A stretch of 24,000 nt of DNA from an uncultured Alphaproteobacteria bacterium (lineage in GTDB: Bacteria; Pseudomonadota; Alphaproteobacteria; Dongiales; Dongiaceae). The stretch covers positions 23,422-47,421 of the forward strand of contig CAVWQS010000026.1 of the NCBI GenBank assembly GCA_963757155.1, given 5' to 3'. The position numbers and the translations under genes are program-made. Below, one piece after another: positions 16,110 through 23,416 of this stretch (position 1 is the first letter of the stretch; each line of letters opens with the position of its first letter). The notes under the pieces were generated by a model. It saw only the letters and a list, made by a program, of their open reading frames with translations. It did no database searches and was not told where the DNA came from.

Positions 16110-16135
16110 AAGGACGGGAATGACGAAGGAGAGGT

Positions 16136-16729
16136 CTACCGCGCGAAGGTGGCGGCGATCTTGTCGGCGAGCTGGCCCAGGGCCTGGCTCATGGCGGCGA
16201 CGAGATCGGCATCGGCATCCGAGGCCGGCTTCACCGTCAGGCGGTTCGTATCCTCGGTCACGCCATTTGCCGTGGTGAGCGTCCAGCGCGCCGCGAGGAC
16301 GATGGTGCTGTCGGGATCGGGATCGAAGCGCGAGAAATCGATCTGCAGCGTGGCGGCGGCGGCGGTCGCCGTCGGGCTGTCCGCCTTGAAGACCTGCGCC
16401 TTCGGCAGGCGCTGGGCGAGATCGCCCACCAGGATGCGGGTGACCATGTCGCCGAAGGGCTCGCCCCAGCGGTCGAACTCGGCGACGTCGAGCTGATAGG
16501 CCCCGCCATGGCGCACGATCTGCGGGCGATCGAGATATTTCGGGATCGCCGCACTGGCAACCGCAAGGGTCGCGGGGCCGCCCTCGAGCTCCGTGCCGGG
16601 CTGGATCGCCAGCGAGAAGATCTGGGGCGTGGGGCTCGTGCTGCAGCCTGCGAGACCCAGCACGCCGAGCCCCGCCGTCAGCAGGCCGAGCGTCAGAAAC
16701 CCGCGCCGCGTGGTGTCTGGCGCCGTCAT
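16136..16729 (-). CDS. pqiC: PqiC/YmbA-family lipoprotein (ABC-type transport auxiliary lipoprotein, DUF330-like)
   Basis: 197-aa ORF immediately downstream of pqiB with an ATGA overlap at 16726..16729. Lipobox LAGC. The call rests on size and position matching PqiC; the family was assigned by context and general resemblance, not by search. Confidence 0.7.
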   Translation of the reverse strand: MTAPDTTRRGFLTLGLLTAGLGVLGLAGCSTSPTPQIFSLAIQPGTELEGGPATLAVASAAIPKYLDRPQIVRHGGAYQLDVAEFDRWGEPFGDMVTRILVGDLAQRLPKAQVFKADSPTATAAAATLQIDFSRFDPDPDSTIVLAARWTLTTANGVTEDTNRLTVKPASDADADLVAAMSQALGQLADKIAATFAR

Positions 16730-18453
16730 TGCGATGAACCTCCCGTCTTGCCTTGCAACAGCGCCTCCGGATGCTGCTCGAGATAGTCCGTCAGGACGCG
16801 GATGGAGCGCGCGGCGTCCTTCAGCTGCGACATCAGGCTGGTCAGGTCGCGGCTGAACTGCGAATTGGACCCGAGCGTCTTGTCCGCCGAGGCGAGCGTC
16901 GTGGTCGCCTGGTTCAAGGCCGCCTCCCCGGCGATCGCCGCGCCCTTGAGTGCGGCGATCAGGGGACCCGCATCGGCGCTCATGGTTCGGGCCAGGACCT
17001 TGACCGAGTTCAAGGCATCGTTCAGCGATTTCACGGCCTGGGTCAGCTCCGGCCCGTTGACGAGCTTCGAGGCCCCCGACAGCATGTCGTCGGCATGGGC
17101 CATGACCTGGTCGAGCGGCAGCTTCGCCACCTTGTCCAGCAGCGTGGTGACCGAGCGCATGATGCCCTGAAGGTCGGAGGGCACCGAGGGCAGCTCGGGA
17201 TATTTGCCCTTCTTGACGATCTCCTCCGGCGGCGAATTGGGGAAGAAATCGAGCGACACCAGCATCTGGCCGGTGATCAGGCTGGCCGATTGGAGCTGCG
17301 CCCTGAGGCCGCGCTTGACCAGCGCCTCCAATATGGCCTCGCTCTGCTCCGGCGTTGACTGGCCGCCCTCCATCTGGATCCGCTCGGTCTCGAGCTCGAC
17401 GGTCACCGGTATATGCAAGCTGAGATCCTTGGGGCTCAGCTCCATATGCACATCGGTCACCTGGCCGATGGTGATGCCGCGCAATTGCACGGGGGCACCC
17501 GCGTTCAGCCCCGCGACCGAGCCCAGGAAATAGATGAGATAGGGCGCCTTATGGACATAGGTGGCGTTCTCGACGCTATCGGCATCGTCGAAGAGCGGGA
17601 AGACATGGTCCGCCTTGGCGGGCTCACCGATGCGCGCGGTCGAGGGGGTGTCGAAGACGACGCCGCCGCCCAGGACCGCATCCAGCGATTCGAGCTGGAA
17701 CTTGAATCCGGTGGTGGTGGTCTTCAGCGAGATGCCCGAGGCATTCCAGAACCGGCTGCCGTCGTAGACATAGCTCGCAAAGGGATCGCGCACGAAGATA
17801 TGGAGCCGGAGAGCCTTGTCGATGCCCGGCGGGTCATAACCCGCGACCTGGCCCACCACGATGCCGCGATAATAGACGTTCGAGCCAGGCCCGATATTGC
17901 CGATCCGGTCCGTCAGCAGCACGAACTCGCGCCCACGCTCGCCGGAGCGCACCACCGGCGGCACTTCGAGGCCGGTGAACTCGCGCGCGCTATCGCCGGA
18001 TCCCGGATCGAGCTCGATATAGGAGCCGGAGACCAGCGTATCGAGGCCGGAAATGCCGGAGAGGCCGAGGCGGGGCAGGACGACCCAGAAGCGGGCGCCG
18101 GCGGTCAGATTCGGCGTCACCCATTTCTCCATCCGCGCCGTCACCACCACGGTCTCCATATCGTCGGCGAGCTCGACCTTTTCGACGACGCCGAGCTTGA
18201 CGTTCTTGTGCCGGATCTCCGTCTTTCCGGCCGCAAGGCCGGTCGCCGTCTGGAAGTGGATGGTGATCTCCGGGCCGCGCTCCGACAGGGTCTTGTAGGC
18301 GAGCCAGGCGCCGACCACGGCGGCCACGATGGGGATCAGCCAGACCAGCGAGAAGCGCCGGCCATGCTCGGCCCTGGTCTTGATCGAGGCGGTCGGATCG
18401 GGCCGGGGCGACGGCGGCGACGGGTTCGGCGGAAGGGAGCCGGAGTCAGTCAT
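16726..18453 (-). CDS. pqiB: PqiB-family intermembrane transport protein (multi-MCE-domain protein)
   Basis: It has an N-terminal TM anchor (FSLVWLIPIVAAVVGAWLAY), repeated MCE-type segments (e.g. GLAAGKTEIRHKNVKLGVVEKV, GSNVYYRGIVVGQV, GAPVQLRGITIGQV) and a long C-terminal helical region. I prefer the ATG at 18453 (MTDSG...), which has GGGAGAG as RBS and overlaps the pqiA stop by 8 nt, over the track start at 18471. Confidence 0.85.
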   Translation of the reverse strand: MTDSGSLPPNPSPPSPRPDPTASIKTRAEHGRRFSLVWLIPIVAAVVGAWLAYKTLSERGPEITIHFQTATGLAAGKTEIRHKNVKLGVVEKVELADDMETVVVTARMEKWVTPNLTAGARFWVVLPRLGLSGISGLDTLVSGSYIELDPGSGDSAREFTGLEVPPVVRSGERGREFVLLTDRIGNIGPGSNVYYRGIVVGQVAGYDPPGIDKALRLHIFVRDPFASYVYDGSRFWNASGISLKTTTTGFKFQLESLDAVLGGGVVFDTPSTARIGEPAKADHVFPLFDDADSVENATYVHKAPYLIYFLGSVAGLNAGAPVQLRGITIGQVTDVHMELSPKDLSLHIPVTVELETERIQMEGGQSTPEQSEAILEALVKRGLRAQLQSASLITGQMLVSLDFFPNSPPEEIVKKGKYPELPSVPSDLQGIMRSVTTLLDKVAKLPLDQVMAHADDMLSGASKLVNGPELTQAVKSLNDALNSVKVLARTMSADAGPLIAALKGAAIAGEAALNQATTTLASADKTLGSNSQFSRDLTSLMSQLKDAARSIRVLTDYLEQHPEALLQGKTGGSSQ

Positions 18454-19774
18454 CGTTCTCTCCCGCCGCATCCCACATCAGCCGGGGATCGAAGCTCATG
18501 GCCGCCATCATGGTGATGACGACGACGGCGCAGAAGGAGGTGGCGCCCACGCCGGGCTCGATGGTCGCGATGGAGCCGGCACGCACGAGGGCCACCAGGA
18601 TCGATACCATGAAGACGTCGATCATCGACCAGCGGCCCACGGCATCGACGATGCGATACATCCTCGTGCGGTCCCTGAGGCGCCCGCGCGACTTGAACTT
18701 GATGGAGAGCATCAGGTAGATGAGGCTGATGAGCTTCAGCACCGGGACGGTGATGCTGGCGAAGAAGACCAGCAGGGCCAGCGGCCACATGCCGCCCGTC
18801 AGCAGCTCCTCGACGCCTTCGAGGATGGTGCTGGGGAAGCCGCTGCCGAAGGAGATGATCGTCAGCACCGGATAGACATTGGCGGGGATATAGAGGATCA
18901 CCGCCGCCACCACCAGCGCCGCGCAGCGCGTCAGACTGTTCGCCCGGCGCCGATGCAGGGTCGCCCGGCAGCGCGGACAACCGCTCCCCGCCGCTTCCAC
19001 CGGCAAGACGAGGCCGCAGGCATGGCAGGAGAGCCGCCGACCTTCCTCGGCGCCGCGCAGCGCCGGCACCAGGCCGCGGCGCTCCATCTCCTCCCAGACC
19101 GCGTCGGTATCGATCGAGGCATTGGCCGCGGTCATGGTGATCATCAGGGTCACCAGAGCGTAGAGGGCGACGCCGATGTGGATGCTCGCGAGATCCACGA
19201 GCTTCACATAGGCGACGAAGACACCCAGCATATAGACTTCGACCATCGCCCAGGGCGTCAAACTCTCGACCAGGCGGAAGACCTGCGGCAGGAAGGGCGG
19301 CGGCCGGCGCATCCTGATGCCGAGCAGGACGTAGATCGTGCTGCCGACCTTGATCAGGGGCGCCAGGATAGTGGTGGCGATCACAACCGCGGCCAGGAGA
19401 TACATGCCGCGGTTGAACAGCTCGATCGAGCCGGTGACGAGATCGGCCGTCTCCAGCTGCCCCTGGATATCGAGGGTCATGAAGGGCAGGCTATTGGCGA
19501 TGGCGATGAGGATCAGCCCGCCGAAGCTATAGGCCAGCGTCCGGTCGAGCCCGACGGTGTTGTAATGCCGAATCAACCCGCCGCAGCGCTGACACACCGC
19601 CCGGCTGCCGTTGCGCAGCGGCGGCAGCCGGTAGAACCGGCCGCAACCGCGGCATTCGACGATAGCGGAGGGGGAGAGCGGCAAGGCGCGTGAGGTCGTG
19701 TGCTCTTCCGCTCGGCTGCCGCCGGCGGCCGTTAAACTACCAAGCCTAGAAATTCCTGCCCCCTCGCCGGCCAT
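18446..19774 (-). CDS. pqiA: PqiA-family integral membrane protein (two PqiA repeats, each preceded by a CxxC...CxxC zinc-ribbon-like motif)
   Basis: 442-aa ORF. CRGCGRFY...CQRCGG and CHACGLV...CPRCRA motifs are each followed by four hydrophobic spans. This is the first gene of a pqiA-pqiB-pqiC arrangement. Confidence 0.85.
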   Translation of the reverse strand: MAGEGAGISRLGSLTAAGGSRAEEHTTSRALPLSPSAIVECRGCGRFYRLPPLRNGSRAVCQRCGGLIRHYNTVGLDRTLAYSFGGLILIAIANSLPFMTLDIQGQLETADLVTGSIELFNRGMYLLAAVVIATTILAPLIKVGSTIYVLLGIRMRRPPPFLPQVFRLVESLTPWAMVEVYMLGVFVAYVKLVDLASIHIGVALYALVTLMITMTAANASIDTDAVWEEMERRGLVPALRGAEEGRRLSCHACGLVLPVEAAGSGCPRCRATLHRRRANSLTRCAALVVAAVILYIPANVYPVLTIISFGSGFPSTILEGVEELLTGGMWPLALLVFFASITVPVLKLISLIYLMLSIKFKSRGRLRDRTRMYRIVDAVGRWSMIDVFMVSILVALVRAGSIATIEPGVGATSFCAVVVITMMAAMSFDPRLMWDAAGENDD

Positions 19775-19880
19775 CCGACTGTGGATTCAGCCGGCATCAT
19801 AGCCATAGAGGCATCCCCTGTCGCTAGATGCCTGTCCCAAATGAAACAGGCTTGGGGATTAACAACCCGTGGATAGCGGG

Positions 19881-20756
19881 TCAGGCCGGCGCATCGGCCA
19901 GCCGCGAGGCCGATCCGATACGCCGCTGGCTCCGGACGGCCGCCAGACCCGCAAGGGCCAGACAGGTCAGCAAGACGACCCAGCAGGGCCGCGCCAGGAA
20001 GGGCCAGTGCCAGTCCGCGGCCAGGACGCGACGCGCGTCGACGCCGGTGGCTAGTCCGTAGTACAGGGCCTCCCCCAAGCCCGTCGCCAGCCCGGCGCCG
20101 ATGGCCAGCAGAAACAGGGCCCAGGCCGGCATCACGCCCTCGGGACGCAATCGCCCCATCACGCGATAGCTCATCAGCCAGAGGAAGAGCCCGGCGGCGG
20201 CGGCCGGCTCGGCCACATTGAGCTTCGACTGCATGAAGTAATGCACCAGCGCCAGCACCCCGATGGCGTAGACGAGGCGATGCAGGTTGCGCCAGCTGCG
20301 CCCGCCCAGGCGCTTGATCATCCCGTCGGTCGAGGTCGCCGCCAATGCCGCGAGCAGGAGCAGCGTCGCGAAGCCGATGGTGAGATAGACCCGGCGGAGG
20401 ATCTCGGCGGCGACATGGGGGAGATCGAAGGCCTGATCCCAGGCATAGAGCGTCAGATGGGAGAGCGCATAGGCAAAGGCCGCGACACCGATCATCCGGC
20501 GCACCAGCACCAGGCGCGGCCAATGGAGGAGCCGGCGCAAAGGGGAGACAGCGAGAGAGAGCAGCAGAAGCCTGACGGCCCAGAGACCCGTCTGATGGAT
20601 CGCCTCGGTCAGGGGCCGCGGCCCCAGGCTGCCATGGACCAGGCCGAACAAGGTCCAAAGCCCCGGAGCGAAAATTGCCAGGAAGACGATCAGCTTGAGC
20701 GGCGACAGGCTGCCGCCGCGATTCTGCCAAGGGAAGGTCATGGCGGGAAAGGTCAT
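19881..20756 (-). CDS. MsrQ/YedZ-like ferric-reductase-type haem-binding membrane protein
   Basis: The sequence KLIVFLAIFAPGLWTLF...TGLWAVRLLLLSLAVSPLRR...RRMIGVAAFAYALSHLTLY...WRNLHRLVYAIGVLALVHYF resembles the MsrQ (YedZ) transmembrane haem-b domain. The start is ambiguous: ATGs at 20816, 20756 and 20741, the last two within a duplicated MTFP coding repeat. No MsrP gene is adjacent. Confidence 0.65.
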   Translation of the reverse strand: MTFPAMTFPWQNRGGSLSPLKLIVFLAIFAPGLWTLFGLVHGSLGPRPLTEAIHQTGLWAVRLLLLSLAVSPLRRLLHWPRLVLVRRMIGVAAFAYALSHLTLYAWDQAFDLPHVAAEILRRVYLTIGFATLLLLAALAATSTDGMIKRLGGRSWRNLHRLVYAIGVLALVHYFMQSKLNVAEPAAAAGLFLWLMSYRVMGRLRPEGVMPAWALFLLAIGAGLATGLGEALYYGLATGVDARRVLAADWHWPFLARPCWVVLLTCLALAGLAAVRSQRRIGSASRLADAPA

Positions 20757-20952
20757 GAACGAGAGAAGAGCATGGGAATCGCTAGATAGACTGCCCGCGT
20801 CCGCCTCGCCATGCATGGGCGATCACGTTTCGGCGAGGGTTACCGGCGGCAAGGTTCCCGGCAGCTCTCATTCCTATGCACGTAAGAGGCGCAGGAATGC
20901 GCTTGCTGCGCCGTGAATACTGCATCTTCACAAAAACAACCCGGAGATACCG

Positions 20953-21543
20953 ATGTCTCGTAAAGGACTTCTCGCCGCCGCCGCCATCAGCTTGCTCTGC
21001 GCGACCGGCGCGATGGCGCAAACCTCGACCGATGGAACCACGGCCAGCAGCGGCGTGACGCTGGCCGACGGCAGCAACGGTTCCACCAAGCCGATGCACC
21101 GACATTTTTCCCGCATGCGCGATCCGGCCTTCGCCAAGGACATGTGCGTCGAGCATTTCGCTCGCTCCGCGGGAAAGCTCGCCTATCTCGAAGCCAAGCT
21201 CCAGCTGACGGCGGATCAGAAGCCGCTGTGGGACAAGTGGGCAGAGGCGACGGCGGCGGGCAGTGCCACGATGAAGGATGATTGCATCGCCGGCGTCCCG
21301 GCCAAGGACACGCCCTCGACGGCGCTCGATCGCGACAGCCGCGTCGAGAAGCTGCTGACGGACAAGCTCGAGACGCTGAAGACAGCGCGTCCGGCGCTGG
21401 AGGCGCTCTATCAGTCGCTGTCGCCGGAGCAGCGCATCGCCTTCGACCACAGCACCAAGGGTCGCCATAAGGGGATGGGCGGGCCGCGGTGGCAGCATCA
21501 CGGCCAGGATGGGCATGGCCAGGACGAGGTATCGCCCGGCTGA
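20953..21543 (+). CDS. Spy/CpxP/ZraP-family periplasmic protein (LTxxQ motif) with a His-rich C-terminus
   Basis: 196-aa ORF. The signal peptide is MSRKGLLAAAAISLLCATGAMA. LTxxQ-type motifs are LQLTADQKPLW and LSPEQRIAF. The C-terminal tail is GRHKGMGGPRWQHHGQDGHGQDE. Confidence 0.7.
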   Translation: MSRKGLLAAAAISLLCATGAMAQTSTDGTTASSGVTLADGSNGSTKPMHRHFSRMRDPAFAKDMCVEHFARSAGKLAYLEAKLQLTADQKPLWDKWAEATAAGSATMKDDCIAGVPAKDTPSTALDRDSRVEKLLTDKLETLKTARPALEALYQSLSPEQRIAFDHSTKGRHKGMGGPRWQHHGQDGHGQDEVSPG

Positions 21544-21566
21544 AGCCGGAGGAGCTGACGATCTCC

Positions 21567-21597
21567 GGCGCCTCGCGGGACGATCCCGCGAGGCGCC
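21567..21597. terminator. Strong GC hairpin between convergent genes (putative bidirectional terminator)
   Basis: GGCGCCTCGCGGGA (21567..21580), CGA, then TCCCGCGAGGCGCC (21584..21597), giving a 13-14 bp perfect stem. It lies between the Spy-like stop (21543) and the azoR stop (21611). A second 7-bp stem pairs 21545..21551 with 21563..21569. No clear U-tract. Confidence 0.5.
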
Positions 21598-21610
21598 GTG
21601 CGATCAGGCG

Positions 21611-22234
21611 CTAGGCCGCCAAGTTCGGCAGCAGCTCGGCGATGGTGGCCCGCGCGCCGTCGAGGGCGCCGGTGGCGGTCTCGACGCTGATGTTCAGGCC
21701 CTCGGCATAGATGAAGGTGACATCCTTCAAGCCGATAAAGCCGAGCACGCCCCTGAGATAGGGCTCATGGAAATCCATGCTCTTGCCGGGGCCGCTGCTG
21801 TAGACGCCGCCGCGGCTCGCCACCACGAAGACCTTCTTGTTCTGAAGCAGGCCCACCGGGCCTTCGGCCCCGTAACGGAAGGTGCGGCCCGCCCGGACGA
21901 CATGGTCGATCCAGGCCTTGAAGGTCGAAGGAACGGAAAAATTGTACATGGGCACGGCGAGAAGAATGACGTCGGCCGCCTCCACCTCCTCGATCAGCCG
22001 GTCGGCGAGGGCTGCCTCTTCGGCCTGCGCCGGCGAGCGCTTCTCGGCCGGGGTAAGGGCGGCGCCCAGGGTGCCGCCCGTCACATGCGGCACCGGGTCG
22101 GCCACGAGATCGCGCTCGACGACGCGGGTACCGGGATGGTGGCGCTTCCAGGTCTCGATGAAATGGAGACCGAGCGCCCGGGATTTGGAATTCTCCCCGA
22201 GGATGCTGGAGGAGACGAAGAGAAGCTTGCTCAT
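21611..22234 (-). CDS. azoR: FMN-dependent NADH-azoreductase / quinone reductase
   Basis: 207-aa ORF. MSKLLFVSSSILGENSKSRAL...VERDL...VPH... and ...VPMYNFSVPSTFKAWIDHV...GRTFRY are typical of AzoR (flavodoxin-like fold). Confidence 0.85.
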   Translation of the reverse strand: MSKLLFVSSSILGENSKSRALGLHFIETWKRHHPGTRVVERDLVADPVPHVTGGTLGAALTPAEKRSPAQAEEAALADRLIEEVEAADVILLAVPMYNFSVPSTFKAWIDHVVRAGRTFRYGAEGPVGLLQNKKVFVVASRGGVYSSGPGKSMDFHEPYLRGVLGFIGLKDVTFIYAEGLNISVETATGALDGARATIAELLPNLAA

Positions 22235-22295
22235 GACCTGTGACTCCGAATCTGCGGCGGCGCCCCTGCGCCCCTGCCCGTCCAGAAATGGGGCT

Positions 22296-22313
22296 TTCTA
22301 TCCATCGATAGAA
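22296..22313. promoter_or_regulatory. 18-bp dyad TTCTATCCATCGATAGAA in the azoR/LysR divergent intergenic region (candidate LysR-type regulator binding site)
   Basis: 8 of 9 base pairs are symmetric. It sits in the only AT-rich stretch of this intergenic region, about 52 nt upstream of the LysR ATG (22357) and about 70 nt upstream of the azoR ATG (22234). Strictly, the symmetric T/A pair spacing is T-N10-A rather than the textbook T-N11-A. Confidence 0.4.
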
Positions 22314-22356
22314 TTGATAAAATTTAGTCGTCATCCATCTAATTTATAGATGTCTC

Positions 22357-23358
22357 ATGCTCGAACCGGTCACCCTCGACCAGCTTCGCATCCTCATGGC
22401 CATCGCCGAGACAGGCAGCTTCTCGGCGGCGGCCCGGCGCCTGAGCCGGGCTCAATCGGCAATCAGCCATGCGGTGGAGGGTCTGGAAACCGCCTTAGGC
22501 GTGGCCTTGTTCGACCGTACGGGCCGGGCGCGGAAGCTAACGGAAGCCGGGCGGATCCTGCTCGAGGATGCCAAGGCCGTCGTCTCGCGTACCGAGGAGC
22601 TGCGTGCGCGGGCCCGGAGCATGGGGCAAGGCATCGAGCCGGAGCTGAGCCTGGCGGTCGACGTGATGTTCCCGACCGATGTCGTCATCGAATCGATTCG
22701 CGCGCTCCAGTCGGCCTTCCCCTCGCTGCCGGTGACCCTGCATACGGAGGGTATCGATGCGGTCGATCTGCGGGTGCGCGAAGGAACGGTGCTGCTCGGC
22801 ATCAACCCCGAGATCGATCGCCTGCCCAATGACGGTCTCGAGCGCCGCTTCCTGACCGAGATCACTTTGGTCAGCGTGGTGGCGGCGGAGCATCCGCTCG
22901 CCCGGTATCCCGGGCCAATCCCGATCAAGGAGCTCGAGCGCCATGTGCAGCTCGTCCTCTCCGAGCGCGACTGGCTGGTGGCCCGCGCCCAGGGCAAGCC
23001 CGTCTCCTCGGTCTTTCGCGGCGTCGTCAGCCCCCATGCCTGGCGCTTCGTCGATCTGGGGACGCGCTACAGCTTTCTGAAGGCCGGCTTCGGTTTCTGC
23101 AACATGCCGCTGCATATGGTGGCCGAGGATATCGCAGCCGGGCGCCTGAAGCAGATCGTGATCGAGAGCTGGGGAAAGTCCTCATTCACCGTGCCGCATT
23201 ACCTCGTGCTGCGCCGCGGGCGCGAGCCGGGCAGGGCCGTTTGCTGGCTGATCGGCCATTTGCAGGAGCGCTTCGCGGCAGCCGCCCAGCCTGACGCTGT
23301 TCGGCAAAGCGCCAACCCGGTGCCGGGACGCCGCCAAAAGCGCGTCTCTGCCAGGTAA
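22357..23358 (+). CDS. LysR-family transcriptional regulator
   Basis: 333-aa ORF. The N-terminal wHTH reads LDQLRILMAIAETGSFSAAARRLSRAQSAISHAVEGLETALGVALFDRTGR and is followed by a LysR substrate-binding domain. It is divergent from azoR. No obvious SD precedes the ATG. Confidence 0.9.
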   Translation: MLEPVTLDQLRILMAIAETGSFSAAARRLSRAQSAISHAVEGLETALGVALFDRTGRARKLTEAGRILLEDAKAVVSRTEELRARARSMGQGIEPELSLAVDVMFPTDVVIESIRALQSAFPSLPVTLHTEGIDAVDLRVREGTVLLGINPEIDRLPNDGLERRFLTEITLVSVVAAEHPLARYPGPIPIKELERHVQLVLSERDWLVARAQGKPVSSVFRGVVSPHAWRFVDLGTRYSFLKAGFGFCNMPLHMVAEDIAAGRLKQIVIESWGKSSFTVPHYLVLRRGREPGRAVCWLIGHLQERFAAAAQPDAVRQSANPVPGRRQKRVSAR

Positions 23359-23416
23359 TTGTCAGGTTCCGGCGTCATAGGAGGCGCCCGCCCGAACCTC
23401 CGAGAGGACTGCCTTG

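Noticed and set aside
18329-19693. 454-aa plus-strand ORF
   Set aside because: It lies antisense to pqiA and has an extreme D/G/R/H/E/Q composition. The minus strand encodes the CxxC motifs and TM repeats of PqiA.
19732-20730. 332-aa minus-strand ORF overlapping the MsrQ-like gene in another frame
   Set aside because: It is R/P/G/A-rich with no hydrophobic spans. The alternative frame (19881..20816) gives a coherent haem-binding membrane protein.
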